Assembly: GCA_965113315.1 (NCBI GenBank)
Contig: OZ220363.1
Length of the DNA stretch: 64,000 nt
Direction: 5' to 3' (one strand)
Source: Podarcis vaucheri
Taxonomy: Eukaryota
The notes beneath the pieces are model-generated. The model searched no databases, was not told where the DNA came from, and saw nothing but the letters and a program-made list of their open reading frames with translations. Both the position numbers and the translations under genes were made by a program. This document shows, piece by piece, positions 23,001-36,099 of this stretch (within the stretch, counting starts at the first letter, position 1; the number at the start of each line of letters is the position of its first letter).

Positions 23001-26000
23001 ACAGAGCATGTGACCAGACTGTCAACAAACAAATGATAGCAAATATTTGAATTTTCATTCACTGACAGTCCGTGAGGCCAAAGTCAAACCCTGAACCAGC
23101 AGAAACGCTCCATAGTAGTCTTAAAAAACCTGGAATAGTAATAGTAATAATAATAATAATAATAATTTATTTATACCCCATCCATCTGGCTGGGTTTTCG
23201 CAGCCATTCTGGGCAGCTTTCAACAAAGTATTAAAACACATTGGTCCGTCAAACATTAAAAGCTTCCCTAAACAGGGCTGCCTTCATATGTCTTCTAAAT
23301 GGGGTAGATGTTTTTCTCTTTGACATCTGGTGGGAGGGTGGGTGCCACTATCGAGAAGACCCTCTGCCTGGTTCCCTGTAACTTGGCTTCTCACAGTGAG
23401 GGAACCACCAGAAGGCCCACAGCGCTGGACCTCAGTGTCTGGGCAGAACGATGGGGGTGGAGACGCTCCTTCAGGTATACAGGACCGAGGCCATTTAGGG
23501 GTTTAAAGGTCAGCACCAACACTTTGAATTGTGCTCAGAAACGTCCTGGGAGCCAATGTAGGTCTTTCAAGACCGGTGTTATGTGGTCTCGGTGGCCACT
23601 CCCAGTCACCAGTCTAGCTGCCACATTCTGGATTAGTTGTAGTTTCCGGGTCACCTTCAAAGGTAGCCCCACGTAGAGCGCATTGCAGTAGTCCAAGCGA
23701 GAGATAACCAGAGCATGCAGCACTCTGGGGAGACATTCCGCAAGCAGATAGGATTCCAGTCTGCGTACCAGACGGAGCTGGTAGACAGCCGCCCTGGACA
23801 CAGAATTGGCCTGCGCCTCCATGGACAGCTGTGAGTCCAAAATGACTCCCAGACCGCGCACCTGGTCCTTCAGGGGCACAGTTACCCTGTTCAGGACCGC
23901 ATAGTCCTCCGCACCTGCCCGCCCCCTGTCCCCCCAAAACAGTACTTCTGTCTTGTCAGGATTCAACCTCAATCTGTTAGCCGCCATCCATCCTCCAACC
24001 GCCTCCAGGCACTCACACAGGACCTTCACCGCCTTCACTGGTTCTGATTTAAAGGAGAGGTAGAGCTGGGTGTCATCTGCATACTGATGAACACTCAGCC
24101 CAAACCCCCTGATGATCTCTCCCAGCGGCTGCATGTAGATGTTGAAAAGCATGGGGGAGAGGACGGAACCCTGAGGCACCCCACAAGTGAGAGCCCAGGG
24201 GTCTGAACACTCATCCCCCCACACTTTCTGATCATGGCCCAGGAGGAAGGAGCGGAACCACTGTATGACAGTGCCCCCAGCTCCCAGCCCCTCAAGACGG
24301 TCCAGAAGGATGTTATGGTCGATGGTATCAAACGCCGCTGAGAGATCCAGCAGAACTAGGAAACAGCTCTCACCTTTGTCCCTAGCCCGCCGGAGATCAT
24401 CAACCAGTGCGACCAAGGCAGTTTCAGTCCCATGGTGAGGCCTGAATCCCGATTCGAAGGGATCCAAATGGTTCACATCCTCCAGGAGTGCTTGGAGTTG
24501 TTCAGCAACCACCCGCTCAATCACCTTGCCTAAGAATGGTAGATTTGAGACTGGGCAGTAGTTGGCCATCGTTGCCGCATCTAAAGATGTTTTTTTAAGA
24601 AGCGGTTTAATGACTGCATCTTTCAGCGGGTCTGGGAAGGCTCCCTCACAGAGGGAAGCATTCACCACCCCGCAGAGCCCATCGCTCAGCCCTTCCCGGC
24701 TAGCTTTTATAAGCCAGGATGGGCAAGGATCAAGGAGACAGGTGGTTGGTTTCACTTGTCCAAGCAGCCTGTCCACATCCTCAGAGGTGACAGATTGGAA
24801 TTGATTCCATGCAACTTGACTAGACAGGATTCTAGCACTCTCCTGGCCTGACCCTGCTCCCACGGTGGAGTCTACCTCTTCCCGAATCTGAGCAACTTTA
24901 TCTGCAAAAAGTCTTTTCTTTGGTTGGGTGGGCAAGGGCTCCACACCAAACGTCCCCCAGAGCCCTGCTAGACAAGCCAAAGCCACTCGCGGGGTTGCCC
25001 AGGCTCAATGGGGAGACACCGGCAGCAGCTCTGGGGCTCTGAGGCCTTGCCTTTGTGCTGGGCATCCTTTACCTTCAAGTCATCCTTGAAGGGGTCCGTG
25101 TTTGCTGTGCTCATCCGCAGGGCCAGCTCCAGCAAAGCCTCCAGCCGGGTGGGGACAATGTCGTCCACCGGCTTCTTCAGCTCCTCTTCGGTGAGGTCCA
25201 TGAAATGGACGTAGAAGTCCCCCTGGTCCATGAGGAAGTAGTGCTTGATGGACCTGCTCACAGAAAGGGGCCACCAGTCAACTCACTGCGGCAGGAACAG
25301 AGGAGGCAGGAGGGACCCCTCACCCACCGCCTGCCTCCTCCCGCCCAGTAGAAACAGGAAGAAGCGGACCTGGCTTTTGGAATAAGAAGTGCTGCAAGTA
25401 TCTTTATGCCATCTGCAATAAAGCAGCCCCTTGCAATTCAGCTGGGAGGCAGGAAATGGGAGGACTCTCTCTTGGAGTGGGGGTCCCATGGCCCCTGCCC
25501 CTCCACCCAGCTCCTCCTGCAGCCTCAGGGCAAGTCTATGAAAGTGCCTGCTTCCCGCCCCCTGCGGGGAAAGCACAAGCTCCTCCACACTTTTGCCCCT
25601 TCATTTCCCAAATCAGCAGCCCCTAAAACTGTCCCCGTTGGCATGGAGAAGGAAAGCAGCCTGCCAGAGACGCCACTTGGAAGGAAGCAAACCTTAAGTG
25701 GGCCACAAGTTCTTTTTCCTCCATGAGGAAATCGAGCAGCACTTTGCTGGCGTAGTTGTAGGCTTTCTCGATCTGCTCCACATATTCCCGCTCCTTCAGT
25801 GTGTAGATGACCTCTTTGGCCAGGGGGCAAGTGACATCACGGCCACACTCCCGAACGACATTCAAATACTTCCCTGCAGGACGGGAGGGACAAAGGGACA
25901 TGAGGACGGGCTCAGCTCTTCACTAAACGCTGTTCAGACCTTGTGCACAAACAAATGAGCACATTAACTCTCCCTTCCCTGCTGTCCCTCTCATCCTCCC

Positions 26001-29000
26001 AATGCGTGAAACTTAAGCACAGAACCTGACATTAGTCTCTGCTGAAACTCATTTTGTTAGTTTGGGCTGACTTCTCCAATCCGTTAAGGTATTTTTGCAT
26101 CCTGATTCTGTCTTCTGCAGCATTAGCTACCCCTCCCAGTTTGGTATCCTCTGCAAATTTGATGAGGATCCCCTCAATTGCATCATCTGTCACCTCCCTC
26201 CTTGACGGAAGGGCAATGGAAAGAAGCCAGATAAATACAACGATCGGCTTTTGGAGCTTGAGAAAAAATCTCACAGGATATCCTCCATACGACTCGCCCA
26301 GAGGCAGAAGGGAAGAGCTGCAAAGGGAACCAGACCTCCCAGGCACTCCACAAGCGCTCTTTCCCCCCCCCCGCCCCCCCCGCCTGGGGGCTTCTCCATC
26401 CACTGCATGGCCCTCCCTCCTCCCCTCCCGCTTTCCTGTCAAGCAGGAATTTGGCTCCTCACCTGTGCTGAGAATTTTGTCTGCAATCTTCTGGAGGAAG
26501 GAGGGGATCTGCTGCTGGACGATCGTGTACCTCTGGTCCCAGTACTTGTCATTATAGTCTTCTTGGATCTTCTCCTTCTGGAGCTCATGCTCTTCCACCA
26601 TGAATTCACTGTGGAATTAAAAAGCGGTTAGGCCCATGGCAGGGAGGCGCAGAGCAGGAGGCTCCCCAGGGCTCTTCATCCAGGCAGTCCCAGGACACAG
26701 TGCCCTGCTTGGACTCCCCAACAGACCACAGAGGTTTCTCCAGCTCACAGGCCAAGAGAAGGACCACAGGTTTTCTGCTGCTCCAGAGAAGCGGACACGG
26801 AGCAATGGAGCCAAACTACAAGAAAGAAGATTCCACCTAAACATTAGGAAGAACTTCCTGACAGTAAGAGCTGTTTGACAGTGGAATTTGCTGCCAAGGA
26901 GTGTGGTGGAGTCTCCTTCTTTGGAGGTCTTTAGGCAGAGGCTTGACAACCATATGTCAGAAGTGCTCTGATGGTGTTTCCTGCTTGGCAGGGGGTTGGA
27001 CTCGATGGCCCTTGTGGTCTCTTCCAACTCTATGATTCTATGATTCTAGGATCCTCCACCCACCTGTAGGGATCATTGATGATGCCTCGGTAGATCCATT
27101 TCTCCAGGATTTCGAAGTAGGGGACGCTGGCAGCCTTGGTCAAGTAGAGGCAGAGCTCCTGGGCTTGGCTGTCTCCCGTGTAGTTGAACGTCTTATCGTG
27201 CAGCAGGCTGAGTGTTGACCCTCCAACACACTCCCCTTTGTCCACAGAAGTGGCTGGAACAAGAAGCAAAGGCCAAGAAGAGTCATGTCCTGCTGAAGCC
27301 AGGGTTGGTCAGGGCACAGGTGCCCATCAATGGCAGACACACCTGGATGTTGCAGGAGCTCCCCCATCTGAAAAGGGGTCAGCAGGAGATGGCTGCTCTG
27401 GACCGTGGCCTGGGACACCGGCTTACGAGGTGAGCACCCAGAGCGGAGGCAGGGTTTCCGCAAGGCTCAATGGGCCCTTGGGGTTGGTGAAGCGAAACCT
27501 GCCTCTCAGGGGTCACTTGTGGCCCCCAAAGGTGCCCAAGAACAACTCTGAAAAGAGGCTACTGGCAACCACTTCAGGAACAGAACCTCTGCCACTCCCT
27601 GGTTGTCCTCAAGTGCACTTATGACGATTGAGGTGCTCCAGCCAATCCGCTGTGTTGAATCTGAATCATGTAGAACTGTTTATTCAAAGAATGTCCCCCC
27701 ACCCCACCCTATTCAGCTGATAGAAGCTTCTGCAAAATCCACAAATAGTGTACAGCTCACAGACTGCAGACACACAGAAACAGAGAGCGAGCACGCCAGC
27801 ATTATTCCTGCAGTCAGCAGGAGGGGCCAGGGGATTGGCTTTAATAACTGCATTATAAGTTGGAATTGTTATAATGAGGCTATTATCAGATTGTAATTGC
27901 AAACTTCTTCTTCTTCTTAATTGAATTTATATACCACCCAATACCCAGAGGTCTCAGGGCGGTTCACAGAAGAGATCAACCTTAAAAACTGTAATATATA
28001 TATACAGTAATCAAAACGAAGACATCCCGACATCCCTCTGTGGCAACTTTATAAAAATTATTACCAAAATAAGGAGGGGCCAGAGGATGCCCCCTTCTGC
28101 TCACCAGGGTGGGGGGGGGACTTGGAGGCTTCCACAGCATTTGGGGGGGGGTACAAAGGAAGCTCCCCTGCAGCTCCTCTTTCTAGGGCTGAGGGATGGG
28201 GCTCCTTGTGGGAAGGAGGAGGAGTGGCATTCCCAGGGGGCCCTGGTCCTCCCTCCAGGGGGGCGGGGAGGCCCAGAGGGAGCCCCTTTGACCTTGCTGC
28301 CCCCAGGAAAAGGAATGACCCAGTCACTGGCCTCACCTGAGACTGACTGTGGCACGAGGGAACCCCTTTCGGCGCTGGGCTGCTGGACCCCCTTGGAAGG
28401 ACCCTCCCTGCAGCAACACCCCAGCAGTGGGCAGAGCCAGAGGCCCGCCTGGACACACGGACCCAGCTCCTTCCACCGCCCCCCTTGATGAAGGAGAGCC
28501 GCCTCGGCCTCTCCTGGCGCTGGGGCTCCAAGGTCCAAGCCTCCCTCCCTCCCTCCCTCCCTTGCCCCCTCCAGGGGAGCAGGAGGCAAGCAGACAGAGA
28601 CACCCTGCTCACTGCCTCCCCCCTTGCCCTGCACTCACCCAGGGAAGCCAGGATCTCCATGGTCCTCATGGTGGGCTGGATGTAGAACCAGAGCTTTTGC
28701 AGGGAGAGGAGGCCTTGGCGCTGCAGGTGCTCCAGCTGCGTCACCAGGGTCATGTATTCCTTGACCAGGGCCCTCATGGCGGCCGCCAGCGCGTGGTTCA
28801 CCTGCCCGTACTCAAAGGAAGACTTCTCTTCCACAAACCTGTCAGGGCGCAGGACGGAGAGCTGCTGCTGGAAGCCAGCCCATCACCTCTCGGCCCCACC
28901 AGAAACGTGGCCCACCAATGCCCCCCCGCCCCCCCCCGCCCGAGATGCAAGGAAGCCTCGTTCTTGTGCAGCTCAGCCATGAGAGGAAGCAGGAAGCTCC

Positions 29001-32000
29001 CTGGGGTCCCTGAGCTCCAGGGGCCTTTGGGGGCTCTGAGCTGCTGCAGCCCCCGGGGGGGAGGAACCCCAGAGGCCCCCCCCCAGCCCTCAGCCGGAGG
29101 GATGGGACACAGGCTGTCGCTGCGTCCTCTTCGCCTCCCCCAGCTCCGTCCCTGATGAGGAACCCCAGGCTGCTACCTGGTGACGATGGAGTAGCTCGCT
29201 GCCACGGGGAGGATCCTGGTGACCAGCTCCTTGACGGACATATCCAGGTTGGGATCCACCAAGAAAGTGCGGCTCTCTCTGCCCACCAGTGGCTGCGCAG
29301 TGATGTACCGGCCATCCACCCCAATCAGGACGTAGAGCAAGTCCTCCACCACAGCAGATTCCTGGGCTGCCAGGGGCAAAGTCCCTGGCAGAGGAAAGCG
29401 GCACGTCATGCACCGGCGCCACTCAAACAAATGCATCTGGGGAACCCGCCTGAGGGCCAAAAGGGCAGCTGGCCATTCTTAAAAAGAGCAGGGTCTCCCA
29501 CCACCGGGAGAGGAGAGGGCATTTGACAGGTGGCTGCCTTGAAATGCTCTTTGACTTTATCCCTATTGATAATTTGTGCACCTGGACACGGTTTTGTGTG
29601 CTTATTTTTTTACGTCAAGCTGTTTGACACTGTTTTTACTGTGCCTGCTGGGCTCACAAATAAAACTCTACTCACATTCGTGTGTTTTCAATCTATGGTA
29701 AGCTGGCAGTTGTTGGCAGCTATGGGAGAGGAGAGGGCTTTTGGGCTTGGATCCTGCCAACGGATTTCCCACTGGGGGCATCTGGGGGGCCCCTGTGAGG
29801 ACAGGATGCTGGAATGGATAGGCCCCTTTGGCCTGATCCAGCCGCCCCACTCTTCTTGTGTTCTGGACCTTCCGCGCTGCACTGCCCAGACCCACGTTGG
29901 CAGAGCATCACCAGCTGCCCATTCAGGGTCCCAGAGAAGCATCCAGCAGGCAGGGGAGGCAGAAACAGCCCCAAGCTGGGAGACCCTCTGCTCCTCCTCT
30001 CGTGCAAGACTCACCGATAGGCACCGTGGTGTCCAGGCTCAGGCTGGAGCTCGTGAGGAAGTCCCCGATGAGGGCCGGCCTCTCATACACCCAGGCGGGA
30101 AAGGACGGGATGGGCTGCCCAGAGTTCTTCCTGTTCTGCTTGTCCCTGAGCGACTTCCGCACCAGCTCAAGAGACTGCCAAGGAAGAGAGCGAGTGACAG
30201 GCCAGCCATGGCAGCAGGGGGTGTGGCAGCTGGGCTCCCACTCACTGCCAGTTTCTGCCCCCTTTGCTCAGGGGGCAAAAGAGGCTGGCACAGTATTTGC
30301 ACCCAGGGAGGCCTCTCCGGACCCACCCCTAGTCCCCTTGGCAAACCGGAGAGCAGCCCACCTGCCCGGAGCGTTGGACAAGGCAGAACTTCCTCTGGTG
30401 TAGGCACTACAGGGAGCCCAGCTAAGGGCCTCCGGCAGGTGCCCACTGAGGTCACTGGCTTCCCATCCCAGGCTTGCTGTGTGTGAGAGAGAGATCCCAA
30501 AGGCTTTGGCTGCAGCAGACCCTTCCCTTCCCAAATAACAAATCAGGGGACCCAAGAGAAGAGAGGGACCTGTGGGGCGCTGGAGCTGGTTGTGACGGTG
30601 CCCAGCTGCTTCCGTAGCTCCTCCAGCTCCTGGACGGTCATTTTGGCTGTTGTTGAGGGGATGGAGAAAGTGACGCTGCTGCTGGCTCCGCCACTGTTGG
30701 CCGCTGCATTGGCTGCTAGCTCTGCCCTTTCCTTGGCATTTTGCTGCAAGTACTGGAGGGTCTGCAAAAGCCCCACAAAAAGCAGAACTCAGGAAGGACA
30801 CCAAAGAGCCCAAGAGCCACGGCCCACGAGGAGAGTGGATCTCCCAGCGCCTCCCCAGTCTTGATATAGGACAGCCGAGGTGGGCAACCGGCAGCCCTCA
30901 GGGGCCCGAATTCAAATTCAGGCCTCAGGCCAGAGCAACCTGTCTGTCTCTGGTCAGTCTGCCGGGTGGGAAGGGAGAGGGGGGCGGGGGGGGGCTCTGG
31001 ACCCTCCGACCACGGGCTGCAGGTCCCGCCCACCCTCTGCTTCCTCTCTTGATGGGGAACTGGTGAGCCAGCGCTGGGCCGGGCCGAGGAATGGCTGGCT
31101 GGGGCTGCTCCTGGGGGGGGGGGGACCCCGCCGAGGTCTGCCCCGTCTCTCTGTCCCCGCCCGCGCCGCCCGCCTCTCCTCACCTCCTTGTCCTCGGTCA
31201 GCTTGGCCAGCAGCTGCACCAGCGAGTCCAGGTGCCGCGTGTTCTTCGACTTCAGCTCGTCGTACTTGGTCAGAAAGTCTTCCGGCGTCCGAGAAAACTC
31301 CGCGATCTTCACCTGCGGGGAGACGGGGCGGGGCGGGGGGTCAGCGCCCGGCGGGAGGAGTCCCGGGGGGGGGCCACCCAGGGAGGGAGGGGTCCCGGGG
31401 GGGGTCCTTCCCTCCCTCTCCCTCCCTCCCTCCCCCCCGGGGCGGGGGGGGGGTCAGCGCCCGGCGGGAGGAGTCCCGGGGGGGGCCACCCAGGGAGGGA
31501 GGGAGGGGTCCCGGGGGGGTCCTTCCCTCTCTCCCTCCCCCTCCCTCCCTCCCCCCCGGGGCGGGGGGGGGGGTCAGCGCCCGGCGGGAGGAGTCCCGGG
31601 GGGGGCCACCCAGGGAGGGAGGGAGGGGTCCCGGGGGGGGTCCTTCCCTCCCTCTCCCTCCCTCCCTCCCCCCCGGGGCGGGGGGGGGGTCAGCGCCCGG
31701 CGGGAGGAGTCCCGGGGAGGGCCACCCAGGGAGGGAGGGAGGGGTCCCGGGGGGGTCCTTCCCTCTCTCCCTCCCCCTCCCTCCCTCCCCCCCGGGGCGG
31801 GGGGGGGGTCAGCGCCCGGCGGGAGGAGTCCCGGGGGGGGCCACCCAGGGAGGGAGGGAGGGGTCCCGGGGGGGGTCCTTCCCTCCCTCTCCCTCCCTCC
31901 CTCCCCCCCGGGGCGGGGGGGGGTCAGCGCCCGGCGGGAGGAGTCCCGGGGGGGGCCACCCAGGGAGGGAGGGAGGGGTCCCGGGGGGGTCCTTCCCTCT

Positions 32001-32428
32001 CTCCCTCCCCCTCCCTCCCTCCCCCCCGGGGCGGGGGGGGGTCAGCGCCCGGCGGGAGGAGTCCCGGGGGGGGCCACCCAGGGAGGGAGGGAGGGGTCCC
32101 GGGGGGGTCCTTCCCTCCCTCTCCCTCCCTCCCTCCCCCCCGGGGCGGGGGGGGGGTCAGCGCCCGGCGGGAGGAGTCCCGGGGAGGGCCACCCAGGGAG
32201 GGAGGGAGGGGGTCCGGCGGGGGTCCTTCCCTCCCTCCCCCCCCCCGGGGCCTCGCTCGCCTTGGCTCCGAGGGCGGCGGCGGAGGTGGCGGCGGCGAGG
32301 AAGGGCCCGCCCTGGCTCCTCTGCAGCAGCTCCACGTAGCCCTCGGCGCCGCCTTCCCCGCAGGAGCCCCTCGCGCGGAGGAGCCGGAGCAGCTCGTTCA
32401 CGTCGTGGTGGAGCCGGAACTCGCTCAT
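20098..32428 (-). CDS. TUBGCP2: Gamma-tubulin complex component 2, 17 coding exons, about 908 aa
   Basis: Exons 32261-32428, 31184-31312, 30570-30761, 30015-30174, 29177-29384, 28639-28838, 27064-27253, 26463-26608, 25693-25873, 25073-25253, 22768-22940, 22371-22499, 21732-21852, 21102-21245, 20870-20998, 20452-20615 and 20098-20209 sum to 2727 nt in frame. The protein reads MSEFRLHHDVNELL...RSIKHYFLMDQGDF...RLDFNGFY. An alternative upstream ATG is at 32437. The first donor is GC. Confidence 0.95.
23135..24910 (-). mobile_element. L2-clade LINE, 5'-truncated, with an open RT domain
   Basis: ORF 23535-24986 contains LLDLSAAFDTIDH, GVPQGSVLSP and YADDTQLY, and there is a (TAA)n tail near 23135-23170. 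Intronic in TUBGCP2. Confidence 0.92.
26010..26190 (-). mobile_element. CR1 LINE RT fragment
   Basis: Peptide IEGILIKFAEDTKLGGVAN (FADDTKL motif). Confidence 0.75.
26769..27048 (+). mobile_element. CR1 LINE 3' end
   Basis: Peptide RTRSNGAKLQERRFHLNIRKNFLTVRAV, then PSLEVF, then a (TCTATGAT)n tail. Confidence 0.85.
31330..32250. repeat. GC-rich minisatellite, 8 units of about 113-120 bp, filling TUBGCP2 intron 1
   Basis: The anchor TCAGCGCCCGGCGGGAGGAGTCCC recurs at about 31341, 31454, 31574, 31690, 31809, 31924, 32042 and 32157. Confidence 0.95.
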
Positions 32429-32536
32429 GGCCGCCATGGACCGGGAGGCGTCTCCCCGGCAACGGGCCACCGGAAGCGGAAGCGGGAGAGAGAGAGAGAC
32501 CCGCCTCTTCCGGCCGCGGGCGAGGAAAGCGGGAGG
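32429..32536. promoter_or_regulatory. Bidirectional promoter for TUBGCP2 and ZNF511
   Basis: There are 108 nt between the divergent ATGs. Tandem ETS/GABP site CCGGAAGCGGAAG at 32470-32482, CTTCCGG near 32507, and a YY1-like GCCGCCATGG near 32430. Confidence 0.75.
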
Positions 32537-34986
32537 ATGCGGGACGAGGAAGGCGAGCGCGGCGGCGGGGGAGGCGGAGGGCCCTTCCGCTTCCGCCCGG
32601 CCAGGCTCCGCTTCCCCGCGCAGCACCCCTTCTTCGAGGCAGGCGGGCGGGCGGGCGGGCGGGCGGGCTGGGGGGGGGAGAGGGGAGCTCGGGGGGGCCC
32701 TCCCGGAAGTGGCGTCATCCGGGTCTTTCTTCCTTCCTTCCTTCCTCTTAGGACGGCGACGTCCAGCGGCATCTCCGCCTCCCGGATGCGCAGCCCCGCG
32801 CCCCGCCCGGAGGGGCCTCCCGGTGAGCCCGGCGCCCCTTCTCCCCTCCCTCCCTCCCTCCCGGCGGGGCGGGCGGGTCTGGCTGGCCTTTGGGTGCCCC
32901 TTGCGACCCCCCCCTCCGCTGTGTCTCCCGCAGGCCCCCCGCCGCCGCCGCCGCCGCCTTCCCGTGCCCGGCCGCGGGCTGCGCGCAGGTCTTCGACTCC
33001 CTGGCCGGCTGCGAGCACCACTACGGCCTCCTGCACCGCAGCGCCTGCTCGGCCTGCCAGCGCGCCTTCCCCTCGGCGCACCTGCTGCACCTGCACCTGC
33101 TGGAGTGGCACGACGCCCTCTTCGCGGTCCTGGCGGAGACGCGCAGCCTGGTGAGGCCCCGGGAAGGCAAGGCAGCCCCGGCGGCTGCTCCATGAAGAGC
33201 ATGGCACCAGGAGCCAGCTGCTTCTTCATGATCAGAATTTGATTATTTGTATCTTGTCCGCCTGACTGTATTGCCCCAGCCACTCTGGGCGGCTTCCAAC
33301 AAAATATAAAAACGCAATAAGACATCAGAGTTTTTTTTTAAGAAACCCATCTCTGCTTGAGTGGTTGGAACCCCAAATGCTGACCAGCCCCCTCTTGCCC
33401 CCTTTCCTAGTACCAATGCCTGGTTGAGAGCTGTCCAGAGAAGTTCAAGAACAGCAAAGAGCGCAAGGAGCACTTGGTCCAAGTTCACTGCTACCCGTCG
33501 GACTTCCGCTTTGATAAACCCGTGAAGGCAAAGAGGTAAGTACTCAGGTGTGGGTAACGGGGGGGGGGGAGGCAGACATGCTCACTGTTCAGCAGACTGG
33601 CTTCGGACATGGAGTGGCGGGGGGGGAGAGAGAGCAGACAAATCTTCTAGACAAATCTAGTGCTGTTTGGCTTTCTTTGGAATCCTGCCTGTTTCGCCCA
33701 GGAGCCAAGGTAGGTGCCTGACCCCAAAGCCACTTGGTGAGCCTCAGGGGTGGGGAGGGATTTAGATCCTCTTCTAAAAAGTCTTTGCCTGCCACTGTGA
33801 CTGCTGCACCACCCAGGCTCCTGCCTGCATGTTGCAGGAAGAAAAGCAAGGCTGGGGGGAGAAGAAGCTGACAGGGGAGAAGGGCCTGGACTCACAGACA
33901 GCCTCCATGTGGTGAGAGAAACTGGGGTGGTGGCAGCAGCAAGGTCCTCATGCCTTTTCATAAAAAGTTTGCAAGGGTTTTGCTCTGGGCTGTGTTTTTG
34001 CGCCAGCACAAAGGCAGCGAGATCTCCCTCCAGAGAGAGCGCCTTCCCGATGGATGTGTGGGAGGGAGAAGACTGCAGGGAGCCGGCAGCGGACGATGCC
34101 ATGGAAGTTGGCCCCAGCGAGAGCACAGAGGAGAAGCCGCCCCAGCCCGGGGCAGAGGACACGCCAGCCTTTCCGCCACCTGAGAGGCGGCTCTACAGCT
34201 CCAGGTCGGTGCCTCTCCTGGAGCGCTGTCCTCGTCTTAGCATCCGCTTGTTCTTTGTGTGTAGAGAACCATGTCAACGCTTGCTTCTTCTGTCAGCCAC
34301 AAACTAAAAAGGGTCACAAAACCTCCAAGAGAAAATAGGTATCTCATCTTAAAATCCTGCCCCAAATCTTTTTGAATGGCTGGAAGCTGCATGAATGGCA
34401 TTGTGTGAGTGAAACTCGGGGCGATTTGGCACTACTAACTAATATTGCTGTTTATATTAAAATTATATCCCCTTTCCTCCTGAAGAAGCACAGGGTAGTA
34501 ACGTCTTGAAATGTGTAAGTCTGGCCTCTGGAATAAGTCAGGAAGAGCTGTTCTGCTTTTGGAATGTTGTTTGCATGTATATATGTTTGCATAGCTTAGT
34601 TACTGAACTGGTGACTGAGTAATTTTCTACTAATCAAATGACAACGCTGCATGCACTTGTGGTAACATGAGCTCAATCTGGAGGTACCAGAAATGAGTTA
34701 AAATAAGGAACTACACCTGTTGTTGAGCCTGAGTGTAACAAGTTTCAATAGATTTCTGGGCCTTCTGTAGTCACACAAGTTATCTTAAACGGCCGCGCTC
34801 ACATATGGCATTTGAAAACCTGAGAGGCCTCAGCCAAGCCTCTGATCCACCCGGAGCCCTTTTTACTGCTGGCCATGAGGGCACTGAAAGCTCTCTTGCT
34901 GTTCCTTCTCTTCCAGTGTCCCACACACTGTTTGCTTTGGACAAGGGGCAAAGCGCAGCTTCCAAGGCAGAAAAAAGAAGGCCTGA
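32537..34986 (+). CDS. ZNF511: Zinc finger protein 511, 6 coding exons
   Basis: Exons 32537-32638, 32752-32822, 32934-33150, 33411-33535, 34007-34204 and 34917-34986 give PFRF...HPFFE|DGDVQRHL...FPCPAAGC...HLLEWHD...YQCLVESC...HCYPSDFRFDKP...VPHTVCFGQGA. Head-to-head with TUBGCP2. AATAAA at 35247-35252. The first donor is GC. Confidence 0.92.
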
Positions 34987-36099
34987 GGGACCAAAGAGGA
35001 ACTTCAGGAAGTGGCGGAGTGAAGAAAGGCTTTTGCAAAGCCCAGGCGGCCTTTCCTCGGGCGGAGGAGCTGGTTTTGACCCTTCAGCAGAGGCAAAGTG
35101 GGCTCTGGTGCAGGGAGGTGCGCCTGACCTACCTGGCAGAGACAGTGAACTGGGTCCTTCTCCAACTGGGAGCTGCTCCTGCAGGCCAGGAGTCCCCAGA
35201 ACCAGGGTTGCGTGCGGAGGGTGAAAATCGTTTCTGTATTTTTGAAAATAAAATGCTTGGTGTTTACAGAATCCTGGATGTTGAAAAGAGCAGCTGGTGG
35301 ATTAAGCCACAAGAGGCAAATGGAGGGTCATCTCTCTCTGAACAAAATACACAATCTGCATCTAAAAGTAATCTGTTCCTATGTTGCAAGAGATGTCCTG
35401 TCGTCTCTCCATTAATCAAAAGGGCCAAAGTATTATCTTTCCAGTCAATATCAGTCTTTTGGCAGAAGTAAGGGCACAAAGAGTCATAGAATCATAGTTG
35501 GAAGAGACCACAAGGGCCATTGAGTCCAACCCCCTGCCTAGATCTAGATCAACTAGCTGCCAAGCCCCATATAATTGACATGACATTTAGGATAATGTTA
35601 TCATCTGACAATTTTATTTCCCCCCAGATATAGTATTTATACATCCTAAGACTTTAATCCAAAAATTCATATATGTCAGACATTGCTTAAACTTATGTTT
35701 CAAAGAAGCATTTTCCTAATTACATCTTCTGCAACGTGTTGTGAATGGTCCCTTTCTGTACAAAAGTACCAGTCCAATTCTAAATATTATCTTTTGTTGC
35801 CCGAGATGTAGTTTATAATCTAACAACACATTTGCTATGGAAGCTAAGACATTATTACGTTTCTTAGTGGCTTTATACAAAGAAAATCTCAAAGCAACAC
35901 TGTATAAAATGGAACTGGATAAAACCAGTTAAAAATTGGGGTGGAGGGAGACCCCTAAGGTACCTATGAAACATTTGAATCATCAGTATGTGCTGGTGGT
36001 TCTATACAAAAATGTATTGAGGTGGCCTGTCTTAAAAGGACTGTTTCCAAGAGACACCTAAAAAGGTGCAGGGAGTTTCACGGGCATCCTTCTCCTTCC

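Noticed and set aside
31330-32250. Regular repeat array considered as CRISPR-like
   Set aside because: No unique spacers, tandem units and a eukaryotic context.
30880-33154. 623-, 687- and 383-aa Gly/Pro-rich repetitive ORFs
   Set aside because: Translations of the intronic minisatellite and CpG island. Homopolymer length variation shifts frames between units, which is inconsistent with coding.
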